This document shows, piece after piece, positions 1 through 9,693 of a DNA stretch of 64,000 nucleotides. The notes beneath the pieces are model-generated. The model made no database searches. It saw only the letters and a list, made by a program, of their open reading frames with translations, and was not told the DNA's origin. Source of the DNA: Obrimoposthia wandeli (lineage: Eukaryota); assembly GCA_977020255.1 (NCBI GenBank), contig CDROCS010003917.1, positions 124,001-188,000 on the forward strand, given 5' to 3'. Numbering within the stretch: the first letter of the stretch is position 1; each line of letters opens with the position of its first letter. A program made the position numbers and the translations under genes.

Positions 1-206
1 GGCAAAAAGCGGTTGCAAAGGTTAAAGAAGCCGCCAGTAGAGAAATTTGTCGTACTTTCTGAAGCTTGTTATCTTGCTTAATAGTGATAATGAGCTTATT
101 GCAGATTTATTAGTCGCTTTAACTCAAAATCAACGAAACTGGGGTTTTGGTTTGTGTTTTTTATATTTAAGAAATGTGAAGGGCTATCACTGGAACCACA
201 AGCGTG
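1..206 (+). mobile_element. Decayed IS3-family (IS407-like group) transposase OrfB fragment
   Basis: Segments in three different frames (QKAVAK..CRTF / SEACY / SDNELIADLLVALTQNQRNWGFGLCFLYLRNVKGYHWNHKR) resemble the N-terminal HTH region of IS3-family OrfB (WGFGLCFLYLRNVKG.WNHKRVYR). Similarity stops at about nt 206. The left end runs off the window. Confidence 0.7.
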
Positions 207-2366
207 GTTGGCAATTAAAAAATCTAATTGCTCTCTCGTTTCAATACCTTCTGCTACTACGGATATGCTTAATGCTTTTGCCATAGAAAAAATAGCTATT
301 ACAATAGCAACGTCATCTGAATCGTTTGGTATTTTTCGGATGAAAGAACGATCAATTTTTAGTACATCTATTGGCAGCTGCTTGAGGTAACTCAAAGAGG
401 AATAGCCAGTGCCAAAATCATCCATAGCAATAGTGATACCCAAAGACTTTAAGCGCTTTAATGTGTAAATAGAGCTACTTATATCCTCTATAACTGCACT
501 TTCGGTTATTTCCAGCTCTAATTGGCCTGGCTGAATTTGATGCTTGTTGACAGAATCTTCTAAAAAGCTAAACAATTTTTCGTCTTTAAATTGTTTAGGA
601 GACAAGTTAATTGCGATACTAATGTTATTAATATCAATGGAACGCCATTGTTTTATCTGCTTGCACGCTTGCTCAATAACCCAGTAGCCAATATCGAAAA
701 TTAAATTGTTTAACTCTGCTATGGGGATAAACAAATCGGGCGGATACAGAATTTTGCCGTCTCGATGCCAACGGATTAAAGCTTCTACGGAGCGAGTAGC
801 GAATTGCTCTTTACAAAGAGACACTTTAGGTTGCAAGTACAGCGAAAATTCATCAGTCTTTAAAGCTCGCTGTAAGTCATTAATAATTTGTAAATTTTGA
901 TTTTTTTTATTTTCAGTGTCATGAGAAAAAAAACACACTTGACCGCGCCCTTGTTGCTTTGCTTGAAACATCGCTGAATCTGCATGCTTTATTAGCTCTT
1001 CCGAATTATTCGCATCTTTAGGGTAGGTAGCGATACCTATGCTTGCGCCAGGGCGCAATAAATGGGTGTCAATTGTTAATTCTTTAGCAGCTTGTTCAGC
1101 TAATCTATTTGCAAAATCGCTTAAATAATTATCACTTTCGAAGTGCTTAGCGATAATTGTAAACTCGTCTCCACCAATACGGTATAGGGTTTCATTTTCA
1201 CTTAGAAGTAAATTGAAACGATTACTCAATTCAATAAGTAATTTGTCACCTAACTGATGGCCGAAACTGTCATTTGTCCATTTAAAATTATCTAAATCTA
1301 TGAAAAAAAGTGCTAAATTCGAATTGTTTTGATTTGAATTTTTAATTTCCAACTCAAGGTTCTGCATAAATGAGTAGCGATTGGGGATTGTCGTTAACGT
1401 ATCAAAATAGGCGAGTTTATGTAAGTTTTGTTGTGTCTTTAATTTTTCCTCTATATTATTTAAAACGGCTACATAGTGAATAGAGTTGTCTTTACTTACT
1501 ACTTTATGGACATTTAACCAGCCCGGAAATTCACCACCGCCTTTTCGTTGGCAAACAACCTCTCCCGACCAATTATTTTCCGAATCAGCGTCTAAATAAA
1601 CTAACTCTATAATCGATAGTTGAGGGTGTTCCTTTGAATATAGTGTAGGGCGATGATTATGCACATTTTCAGATGAAAAGAGCGTCATCTTTCGATAGCT
1701 GGGGTTAACATCAATTAATAATCCCACATCGTTAATCACAAACACAGCTTCATCTAAAGCATTTAAAGCCTGGTGAGCTAATTGTAAGGATTGCAGAGGT
1801 AAAACTAATGCTCGTTTCAATATTAGATAAAGCGAAAGAACAAACAGTAAACCTACAATTGCTACCTGGGTGATGTCTATCACAAGGCTATCACGCAAAT
1901 TGGACGCAAATCCGGCGTCATCGTAAATTATCTCGATATTACCGATGGTCATGCTCCCTTCTTGAACAGGATAGCGTAAGCGTTTATCGTTAGATATCCA
2001 AATTTTATCATGTAGTTCTGGTATATAGAGAACCACATGATTACTAACTTTAAGCTTCCCGGTATATAAATGATCAAAATTGCCTAAAATTTTGATACCA
2101 AGTACAAAAGGCGATTGCATTTCAGCGTCTAAAATAGCAGCGGCAAACTCTGCAGAGTAGCGTCTGTCATACGATTTTTTATATATATTCCAGATGGTGA
2201 GCTGCACAGATGTAGCAACTCTGCGCGCGACAGAAATACTGCGCTCTTGTAACGCTGATTGCATTATATTCGAGTTGGATTGGTAGCGAACAGCAACAAA
2301 ACTGGTCATTACTACAATTGTAATGACACTCAGTATAATAAATAGACGGGTCGTTAAAGTATTCAA
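96..2366 (-). CDS. Membrane-anchored PAS-GGDEF-EAL diguanylate cyclase/phosphodiesterase; C-terminus replaced by IS-derived sequence
   Basis: Two hydrophobic segments around a periplasmic domain, PAS-like region, intact RIGGDEF, and EAL motifs VEALIRW, ELEITES, DDFGTGYSS, VAEGIET. The usual terminal QGY motif is missing after DFLIANH. Confidence 0.9.
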   Translation of the reverse strand: MNTLTTRLFIILSVITIVVMTSFVAVRYQSNSNIMQSALQERSISVARRVATSVQLTIWNIYKKSYDRRYSAEFAAAILDAEMQSPFVLGIKILGNFDHLYTGKLKVSNHVVLYIPELHDKIWISNDKRLRYPVQEGSMTIGNIEIIYDDAGFASNLRDSLVIDITQVAIVGLLFVLSLYLILKRALVLPLQSLQLAHQALNALDEAVFVINDVGLLIDVNPSYRKMTLFSSENVHNHRPTLYSKEHPQLSIIELVYLDADSENNWSGEVVCQRKGGGEFPGWLNVHKVVSKDNSIHYVAVLNNIEEKLKTQQNLHKLAYFDTLTTIPNRYSFMQNLELEIKNSNQNNSNLALFFIDLDNFKWTNDSFGHQLGDKLLIELSNRFNLLLSENETLYRIGGDEFTIIAKHFESDNYLSDFANRLAEQAAKELTIDTHLLRPGASIGIATYPKDANNSEELIKHADSAMFQAKQQGRGQVCFFSHDTENKKNQNLQIINDLQRALKTDEFSLYLQPKVSLCKEQFATRSVEALIRWHRDGKILYPPDLFIPIAELNNLIFDIGYWVIEQACKQIKQWRSIDINNISIAINLSPKQFKDEKLFSFLEDSVNKHQIQPGQLELEITESAVIEDISSSIYTLKRLKSLGITIAMDDFGTGYSSLSYLKQLPIDVLKIDRSFIRKIPNDSDDVAIVIAIFSMAKALSISVVAEGIETREQLDFLIANHACGSSDSPSHFLNIKNTNQNPSFVDFELKRLINLQ

Positions 2367-2372
2367 ATAAAG

Positions 2373-3443
2373 CTACTCATAACTGCCAAACCAACGGTAG
2401 TAAGCATTGTATTGCTTTTTAAAAGCGGCTTTCTTTTTAATGATTTCTTCGTTTATGGTACTTTTCTGAGCGTAGTCGATCATTATTTTATTCGTGGCTA
2501 CTCGCCATTTTTCGATATCCGAAGTGCTCCACTTATTGATTGTTGTGCCGTTTTGAATGAATTTGTTCATCGATTCAAAGTCTGCTACTTTCGCTTGTAA
2601 AGTGGTAGTCAAAGTGTAAGTTTTAATTGCAGATTCTAAAATTGCTTTTAAGTCTTTAGGCAGCAGTGCGTAAGCACTTTCGTTAATTAAAAAATCAGCC
2701 AAGACAGAAGGCTGCCAAATAGCCGGTACAATTGCATGTTTGCTGATATCGTTTAAACCTAGTTCCCAAGCCCCAGTGGCTGTTGTCCACTCTACTGCAT
2801 CAAGATCTCCGCTTTCTAAAGCAGGTTTAATTTCCTCAGGCAGTAATGGAATAGTATAAGCACCACTAGCAGCAGATAATACCTCACTAGGCAAACCTGG
2901 GCCGATACGAACCTTCTTAGCTTTTAGGTCTGCTAAATTACTCACAGGCTCATTAGAGAGTAAACCAAATTCCATGCCAGGCCACCAGGCAGGGCGCCAA
3001 AGAATACCGTGCGGATTTGATAGAGAATTGGCTAGGGCAGTACCTTCACCTGCGAAAAAGAACATCATTGAAGCATCAATATTCATAAAGTCGAAGGGGC
3101 CAGCATTGAGTAGTGCCCAAGCGGGGTTCTTGCCGGACCACCAATTAGGCCAACCATTACCCATTTCAATAGTGCCTTGTTGCACAGCAGTATAGATATC
3201 TGATCCAGATGTGATTTTACCGCTGGGGTGTACTGTAATGTTTAAACGCCCAGCACTCATTATTGATACTTGACTGGAGAAATCTTGCAATGCTTTAAAG
3301 TCTATCGTATGGCTATTTGCCTGAGATTGAAGTTGCCAGTTAAAGACAGTGGGTTCTTTTTGTATGCAGCCTGTTAATGCAGCAGTTAAGCTTACGATAA
3401 AAACTAAAGTAGCCGCTAATTTGCATCTATTATTACAATTCAT
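2373..3443 (-). CDS. TRAP-type (DctP/TakP-like) solute-binding protein, predicted lipoprotein
   Basis: Lipobox LTGC. DctP-family segments GRLNITVHPSG, WWSGKNPAWALL, LADLKAKKVRIGPG and EIKPALESGDLDAVEW. Confidence 0.8.
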   Translation of the reverse strand: MNCNNRCKLAATLVFIVSLTAALTGCIQKEPTVFNWQLQSQANSHTIDFKALQDFSSQVSIMSAGRLNITVHPSGKITSGSDIYTAVQQGTIEMGNGWPNWWSGKNPAWALLNAGPFDFMNIDASMMFFFAGEGTALANSLSNPHGILWRPAWWPGMEFGLLSNEPVSNLADLKAKKVRIGPGLPSEVLSAASGAYTIPLLPEEIKPALESGDLDAVEWTTATGAWELGLNDISKHAIVPAIWQPSVLADFLINESAYALLPKDLKAILESAIKTYTLTTTLQAKVADFESMNKFIQNGTTINKWSTSDIEKWRVATNKIMIDYAQKSTINEEIIKKKAAFKKQYNAYYRWFGSYE

Positions 3444-3855
3444 CTGTGAACCCTTTGTTTATTCTATATATGGATAAAGAATATGCTTTTTATAAGAATT
3501 ATTCTTAAATGATAAAGATATCATATATGCAGCTCAAATAATTTAAAATGTTTGTATGGAAAATAAGGGGTATTAATTTTTTTCGGTTGACGAAAAAAAT
3601 ATGAGATATGCGTGATAAATTAATCACTAAAGCAAAGCTATTTAATGGTTTAGTTAGTTCTAAATATACTATATAGCCAGTGTATATGTGAATATAAATG
3701 GCTAGCATAAAGTATATTTCAGGATCGGGAAGCGATTAATTCGCTATAATAAGTTCTAAAACCTAACATAACATCAGTGTATGATTATACATACACTTTT
3801 TAAGAGTGAGTCTGTTAAAGCTCAGAACGGGACGGGATGACGATGTAACTAGAAT

Positions 3856-5052
3856 CTATTTTTGATATACAATACGTCCTTTCACCCAGGTTGCTTGCAC
3901 ATTGAAATCTTTATCTATTAAAGTAAAATTGGCCTGTTTACCTGTTTTAATGCTACCACATTGTTGATTTAAGCCGAGCAATGTTGCAGGGGTAAGCGAG
4001 GCCATTTTTAGAGCTTCTTGTAAATCAATATCAAACCATAGCGCAGTGTTTTGTACTGCCTTTAGCAGTTTTAAGGTACTGCCTGCTAGTCCGCCTTGTA
4101 AAGTTCTGGCAACACCTTCTTTTATGGTTACAGGTACCTCTCCTAGAAAATATTGGCCATCTTCTAAGCCGCTACTGGGTACTGAATCGGTAATTAGGTT
4201 AACGTAGTCACTGCCTTTAAGTTGATAGCAGAGCTTCATTATTGCTTTATGAACATGCTCGCCATCAGCAATTAATTCTGTGTAACAATGAGGGCAAGCT
4301 AAAGCTGCACCTACTACTCCAGGTTCGCGATGATGTAAACCTCGCATACCGTTAAAGCAGTGTACTACACCGTCAGCGCCAGCATTTAAGGCAGCAGTCG
4401 TTTGCTCAAAATCTGCATTAGTGTGGCCCAACATAACACGTATACCTTGCTGTTTTAAATAAGGTATTAATTCAAGTGCAGAGGGTTGCTCTGGTGCTAG
4501 TGCAATAGAAACTAAGCTGCCTTGAGCTGCGGCTAAAAATTCATCGAGTTCAGGTCGGTTAATCGATAAGAAATGCTCTTCAGGTTGTGCTCCTTTAAAG
4601 ATAGCATTGAAAAAAGGCCCCTCCAGGTAAGCCCCAAGAATTTCAGCTCCAGGGACTCCTTGTTGTTTGGATAAATGAATTTGCTGTAATGCTGCACAAA
4701 TATCCTCTTTGGCAGCGGTCATTGTGGTCGGTAAAAAACCCACTACGCCGATGCTGGCATAATATTGTGACATAGTGGCAAGGCTATCATGGGTAGCATC
4801 CATTACATCAGCGCCCATAGCGCCATGGGCATGAGTGTCGATTAAGCCGGGAATTAGCCAGTAATCTGAAAAATCTTCTATCTGATGATTATCTATAGGG
4901 TTGTCATTTACATGGCTATCTTTTACAGAGCCTCCGTTAATAGCATTGTCATTGTAAGATAGAATGTTCTCATTGAAAGTGATGTACGCATTATCAAGTA
5001 CGGCTTGTTCGGTGAATAGCCGTGCCACTTTGAGGGTGGTTTTTTTAGTCAT
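3856..5052 (-). CDS. nagA: N-acetylhexosamine-6-phosphate deacetylase (AgaA/NagA family)
   Basis: PGLIDTHAHG, YLEGPF, LGHTNA, HCFNGM, IADGEH, ITDS and LAGS amidohydrolase motifs; lies in the aga cluster. Confidence 0.9.
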   Translation of the reverse strand: MTKKTTLKVARLFTEQAVLDNAYITFNENILSYNDNAINGGSVKDSHVNDNPIDNHQIEDFSDYWLIPGLIDTHAHGAMGADVMDATHDSLATMSQYYASIGVVGFLPTTMTAAKEDICAALQQIHLSKQQGVPGAEILGAYLEGPFFNAIFKGAQPEEHFLSINRPELDEFLAAAQGSLVSIALAPEQPSALELIPYLKQQGIRVMLGHTNADFEQTTAALNAGADGVVHCFNGMRGLHHREPGVVGAALACPHCYTELIADGEHVHKAIMKLCYQLKGSDYVNLITDSVPSSGLEDGQYFLGEVPVTIKEGVARTLQGGLAGSTLKLLKAVQNTALWFDIDLQEALKMASLTPATLLGLNQQCGSIKTGKQANFTLIDKDFNVQATWVKGRIVYQK

Positions 5053-6223
5053 GATGAGTAGTTACCGGATGAATAGTCACACCTTGTACGACGCGGTTGA
5101 CCTCGCCACTAGGGCAAGGATTATCGGGGCTTAAGCCTAAACTAATTGCGAGGTGAAAGCCAAAAATTTGTGAGAACATTACCCAAGCTAGCCCTTGATA
5201 AACATCCGCTAGATTTGCAATATTATGGCTTAATTGTGGTATTTTATTTGAAATAGCTTGACCACTAAGGACGAGTACGTCAGCAATGCCATCATTGCGT
5301 AATTCAGCAATGATATCATCGTCATACTGTTGTGTGTATGTATCGTTAGAGCGTAGCACCACTACTAAGGTATGCTGATTAACGATAAACTTAGGGCCGT
5401 GACGAAAACCTAAGGAAGAGTCATGCGTCGCTATAATTTTACCCGCGGTTAGCTCCATGCATTTCAAGGCCGCTTCTTTAGCATTTCCTTGTAAACCACC
5501 GCTGCCTAAAAAGACTAAGCGCTGTGGCGGTTTTACCGCCAAAGCTTTACTGCGTTCTATATAAGGAGTTATTAATTTTTGGCAAAAATGGCTCAAATCA
5601 CGACGCTGCTGATCTTTAGCTTCACTCGAACATTGTTCAAAGCAATGTAGCGCACTAAGATACATGCAAGAATAGCTTGATGTCATGGCAAAACTTTGAT
5701 CGTTGGTGGCACTGGGCATTAGTAAGCAAAAACGTTGCGCTTGGTCTTTGGCTGAAATAGCCAAATGACCTTCTGAGTTACAGGTTATAAACAAGTGGAA
5801 GCTTTTATTTACTAATTGATCGAGTATCTCCACAGCGGCTACACTTTCAGGGCTGTTACCTGAGCGTGCAAATGAAACGAGTAGTGTAGGTGTGTCTCGT
5901 TTTAGATAGAGAGCTGGGTTGCTTACTAGATCAGTACTTGGCACAGCATGGATATCTAGCGATGTTTGACTGCGCAAATATGGTGCTATTGCTTGGCCAA
6001 TAAAAGCTGAAGTGCCAGCACCAGTTAGTATGATGGTTAACTCTGGTTCGTTTAATAAGGGTAGTAAAAACCGCTTAATTTGCGCATCTACCATTGCAAA
6101 ATGATTGGATAAATCAGGCCAAAGCTGCAATTGCTGCTCGATTTCCACAGCAGTATGCTGTGCACCTAGTGCGTGTAACTCACTCATTTTATGCTGTAAA
6201 TTTGTGGATGATACATTGCTCAT
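5045..6223 (-). CDS. agaS: Galactosamine-6-phosphate isomerase/deaminase, SIS domain
   Basis: LTGAGTSAF, SFARSGNSPES, FAMTSSYSCM, GFRHGPK and NPCPSGEVNRVVQGV motifs. Confidence 0.9.
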   Translation of the reverse strand: MSNVSSTNLQHKMSELHALGAQHTAVEIEQQLQLWPDLSNHFAMVDAQIKRFLLPLLNEPELTIILTGAGTSAFIGQAIAPYLRSQTSLDIHAVPSTDLVSNPALYLKRDTPTLLVSFARSGNSPESVAAVEILDQLVNKSFHLFITCNSEGHLAISAKDQAQRFCLLMPSATNDQSFAMTSSYSCMYLSALHCFEQCSSEAKDQQRRDLSHFCQKLITPYIERSKALAVKPPQRLVFLGSGGLQGNAKEAALKCMELTAGKIIATHDSSLGFRHGPKFIVNQHTLVVVLRSNDTYTQQYDDDIIAELRNDGIADVLVLSGQAISNKIPQLSHNIANLADVYQGLAWVMFSQIFGFHLAISLGLSPDNPCPSGEVNRVVQGVTIHPVTTHHD

Positions 6224-7536
6224 GATGATACTTCCATTTTGCAGGCGCTGGCATAGTTAGCGGTTACTTGTTGTATATGATGGTGGATGATACTTGATAC
6301 TTGAGTGGCAAGATAAAGCTTCAAATCTCCTTGTACAATATCTCTAAATTGCACCGGTAAATATTGAGATAATAAAGTGATCGGTATTTCAATTGCAGAT
6401 AAGTTTTCGGTCAATTTGGCAATAGCTTCTTGTACTACTGGCAGGGGCCAGTAGTAACGACACCTATCACTAAAGCTAAATTGGCGTGCAAATTTTTGTG
6501 CCTTTGAATTTCCAAAATAATAAGATTGCCAATAGGTTGGGTTTTCTAACATACTTTGCTCAAGCACTTCTTTTAGGTTCGAGCAATCAGCATATGCACA
6601 TAGAATTTGTTCTATATCGTTTAAGGCAAATAAAACCTCTCTGAATGCGAAAGTGAGCGCCGGACCCACTTTTAAAATAGCAAAATGATCATTCACTAAT
6701 GCATGATAAGCGCCAGGGGGTTGGTAATCAGTAGAGTGTGCCTCAAACACCATATTAGGGTAATTAGCTAATGCTTTACTCAAAGATTGTGCTTTTTTAG
6801 GCTCGTAGCTGACTATAGATTGATGGTCGAACTCTACCCCAGGTTGCACTACTAATGCGATCACCCGCTCCCAAGCGGCTGCTAAACCTTGTTTTAAAAA
6901 TTCAGTATTATGTAATGCTAATGTATTAGCAGCAGATGCATTACTCGTAACCTCTAATTTAGGTTCTAAATCATGTTGTGCACCGCCAGGTACTGGTACT
7001 TCAGTACCAATTATATATAAAGGCGGACGTTGTTCTTTTTTATCGTCATTTCGGTTGCGATAAGTATCTTCTGCTACTTTGCACAAGGTAGCGGCTCTTT
7101 GTGCGATTATTTTATCAGCTAAGGGGAGGGTGTCATCAGCACATGCCATTGAGCAATCCAAGTGAATTTTCTCAAATCCAGCGGTTACATATCCAGCAAT
7201 TAACTGAGCAGATTTGTGCATGGCAACTTCAGCACTATCAGTTTGCCAGCAATTGGGTCCTAAATGATCCCCACCTAATACCAGTTGGTCAAGTGGGAAT
7301 TCTAATTTTGTTGCTATGTTTTTTACGAACAGGCAAAAATCTTCAGGTTGCATTCCTGTGTAGCCGCCAAATTGATTGACTTGATTGGAGGTGGCCTCTA
7401 CCAACAATAATGAGTTATTGTGTTTAGCTTGTAAAATACTAGCTTCTAGAACGTAGCTGTTGGCTGAGCATATTGCGTATATACCGCATTTATCACCAGC
7501 TTTATGACGTTTTATTAGCGTGAGTAACGGGCTCAT
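6220..7536 (-). CDS. kbaZ: KbaZ/GatZ/AgaZ-family tagatose-6-phosphate-processing protein
   Basis: EATSNQVNQFGGYTGM, LGGDHLGPN, IHLDCSM, IGTEVPVPGG, VQPGVEF, FEAHSTDYQ, LKVGPALT and SFSDRCRYYW motifs. Confidence 0.9.
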   Translation of the reverse strand: MSPLLTLIKRHKAGDKCGIYAICSANSYVLEASILQAKHNNSLLLVEATSNQVNQFGGYTGMQPEDFCLFVKNIATKLEFPLDQLVLGGDHLGPNCWQTDSAEVAMHKSAQLIAGYVTAGFEKIHLDCSMACADDTLPLADKIIAQRAATLCKVAEDTYRNRNDDKKEQRPPLYIIGTEVPVPGGAQHDLEPKLEVTSNASAANTLALHNTEFLKQGLAAAWERVIALVVQPGVEFDHQSIVSYEPKKAQSLSKALANYPNMVFEAHSTDYQPPGAYHALVNDHFAILKVGPALTFAFREVLFALNDIEQILCAYADCSNLKEVLEQSMLENPTYWQSYYFGNSKAQKFARQFSFSDRCRYYWPLPVVQEAIAKLTENLSAIEIPITLLSQYLPVQFRDIVQGDLKLYLATQVSSIIHHHIQQVTANYASACKMEVSS

Positions 7537-7586
7537 AATTTTTCCTTAAGAACATAAATATTAATCAAAACGGTAATAATGTAGCG

Positions 7587-8420
7587 CTATTTCACCGCGC
7601 CAGAAGACAACCCTGTCACCAATTTTTTTTGAAGCCAGCTAAATAAGATCGCAGCGGGAAGCGATGCGACAAGCGCTGCGGCCATTACATGGTGCCATTC
7701 AACGGTGTAGCGCCCACCCACTAAAGAATAAACTTGAATAGGTAGCGTATAATTTTCTTCAGTACGCAAAACAGTTAACGCAAGTACGAACTCATTCCAA
7801 CCATTAATGAAAGTAAACATCGCGGTCACGGCAATTGCAGGCACTGCCATCGGTAGAAATACTTTTACTAAGCCTTGTAAGAAGCTGGCACCTTCCATCC
7901 ATGACGATTCCTCTAAATCTTTGGGAATGGTTTGGAAATAATTTTGTAGCATCCAAATAGCAAAGGCGATGTTGAAGCCTGCATAAATCAGTACTAAAGA
8001 GTTAACAGAGTCGATCAATCCCAGCCATACAACTAAGCGAAATAAACCCACCACTAATACGATAGGTGAGAGCATTTGTGTGACCAGCAAAAATAGCCGA
8101 TAGCTGTTTTTGGCGCCAAATTGATAGCGTGCCAGTGCATAAGCGGCGGGAATAGCGACGAGTAAGGTGATGAATGTGGCACTTAAACTGACGTATAAAC
8201 TATTGAGTAAAGCATCGCCAAACTTAGTGGCATGCCACATGTCAATATAGTTTTGCCAAACATATTCTGAAGGAAGCCAAGTCGGTGGAAAGCGAAATAC
8301 TTCCTCGCGAGGTTTTAGTGAAGTGAAAAACATCACGGCAAAAGGGAATATAATAATACAGATTAGAGGAGATAGTGCTAACCAGCAATAGATGCTGTGT
8401 TTGGTTTTATTATTCATCAT
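7587..8420 (-). CDS. Carbohydrate ABC transporter permease (MalG-like)
   Basis: Multiple TM segments and EAA loop IPKDLEESSWMEGAS. Confidence 0.9.
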   Translation of the reverse strand: MMNNKTKHSIYCWLALSPLICIIIFPFAVMFFTSLKPREEVFRFPPTWLPSEYVWQNYIDMWHATKFGDALLNSLYVSLSATFITLLVAIPAAYALARYQFGAKNSYRLFLLVTQMLSPIVLVVGLFRLVVWLGLIDSVNSLVLIYAGFNIAFAIWMLQNYFQTIPKDLEESSWMEGASFLQGLVKVFLPMAVPAIAVTAMFTFINGWNEFVLALTVLRTEENYTLPIQVYSLVGGRYTVEWHHVMAAALVASLPAAILFSWLQKKLVTGLSSGAVK

Positions 8421-8444
8421 CGACTGCTCCTCAAAGTAATAAAG

Positions 8445-9323
8445 CTATTGTTCATTTTTCATCACCATGCGTGCGTAAAACAAAGTGAAAACGAGAAGAA
8501 CCGCAAACATCACAATAGATACAGCAGACGCTTCACCGATGTGACCAAAGTTAAATGCTTGCTTGTACAGGTATGTGACTAATATATCCGTTTCATTATT
8601 CGGGCCTCCTTGTGTGAGCACCCAGATAATAGGGAATGAATTAAAAACATAGATAACGTTTAAAACAATCGCCATATTGATGAAAGGACGTAATAGTGGG
8701 TAAGTGATGCGTTTAAACTGCTGATAGAAATTGGCGCCATCCATCTTCGCCGCTTCATATAAATCTTGTGGAATAGAAGATAAGCCGCCCAGAAAAATGG
8801 TAATAGTAAAAGGGATTGAAACTAAAATACCTAAACCAATTTGTACCGGAAATGCCGTTACAGATTGTGCTAGCCAAACGATGGGGGTATCTACTAAGCC
8901 TAAGTTCATGAGTGTGGCATTTAGCATGCCAAATTCGCCATTGAGGCTCCAGCGCCAAACAATTGCGGTCATAGGCAGTGAAATAGCCCAAGGGAGCATT
9001 AAGATAGTACGGGCAATACCGCGACCGTGAAATTCGGTATTAAGAATGATCGCAATAGGCACTGAAAACAAAATGGTGCCACCAACGACAGCCACGGTCC
9101 AAACCATGGTACGTATGCTAGCTTCGATGAATAACGGATCTTCTAAGATATATTGAAAATTCTCTAACCCTATATAGCCGCGAATTTTACCAAAGCGATT
9201 TACATCACTTAAAGATAAATTAATAAGCTCGTACAATGGATACGAAATCACAAATAACGCTAAGAGTAAGCTTGGGAGTATGAGGTAAAGTGGAATATTT
9301 TTATGCATATAAAGACCGTTCAT
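8445..9323 (-). CDS. Carbohydrate ABC transporter permease (MalF-like); start 9323 or 9308
   Basis: EAA loop [22 protein letters not shown] and TQGGP motifs. Confidence 0.9.
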   Translation of the reverse strand: MNGLYMHKNIPLYLILPSLLLALFVISYPLYELINLSLSDVNRFGKIRGYIGLENFQYILEDPLFIEASIRTMVWTVAVVGGTILFSVPIAIILNTEFHGRGIARTILMLPWAISLPMTAIVWRWSLNGEFGMLNATLMNLGLVDTPIVWLAQSVTAFPVQIGLGILVSIPFTITIFLGGLSSIPQDLYEAAKMDGANFYQQFKRITYPLLRPFINMAIVLNVIYVFNSFPIIWVLTQGGPNNETDILVTYLYKQAFNFGHIGEASAVSIVMFAVLLVFTLFYARMVMKNEQ

Positions 9324-9602
9324 ATTGCTCTTAGAACACATTAATTGTGTATCAATGTTTAAGAATAGTTTATGGTTAAATACGTTGTCTAAAAAAATGT
9401 CTTGTTAAGCAATAGTTATAGATGCATAGATGAGCATTGAAATCAAATATTAAGCTGTTTTACTGTGTCCCTACGGGTTAAAATATATCCTAGTTTGTGA
9501 CAAATAACAGCTAACTGCAATATCAAATACTTGGTCCAATTTGTCAATAATAATTGAGCTTTCATACGCCAGACGCCGATTTGCGACGCCGATTTTTTTT
9601 TT

Positions 9603-9636
9603 GAAAAATATGCGAAGCTAATGTATAGCTTCGCAT
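9603..9636 (-). terminator. Intrinsic terminator/stabilising hairpin downstream of the solute-binding protein gene
   Basis: 11-bp perfect stem ATGCGAAGCTA/TAGCTTCGCAT with a 5-nt loop, followed by a T run on the minus strand. Confidence 0.65.
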
Positions 9637-9693
9637 TACTATATTAGCGCTTTACCTTATTTTGGAGTTCAGAGAAAGCGCTGTTTAAGTAAA

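Noticed and set aside
47-286. 79-aa ORF as a functional gene
   Set aside because: It is a chimera of a frameshifted IS3 fragment and the antisense strand of the EAL gene.
3505-3708. 67-aa ORF upstream of the TRAP binding-protein gene
   Set aside because: AT-rich intergenic sequence with no convincing RBS or motif.
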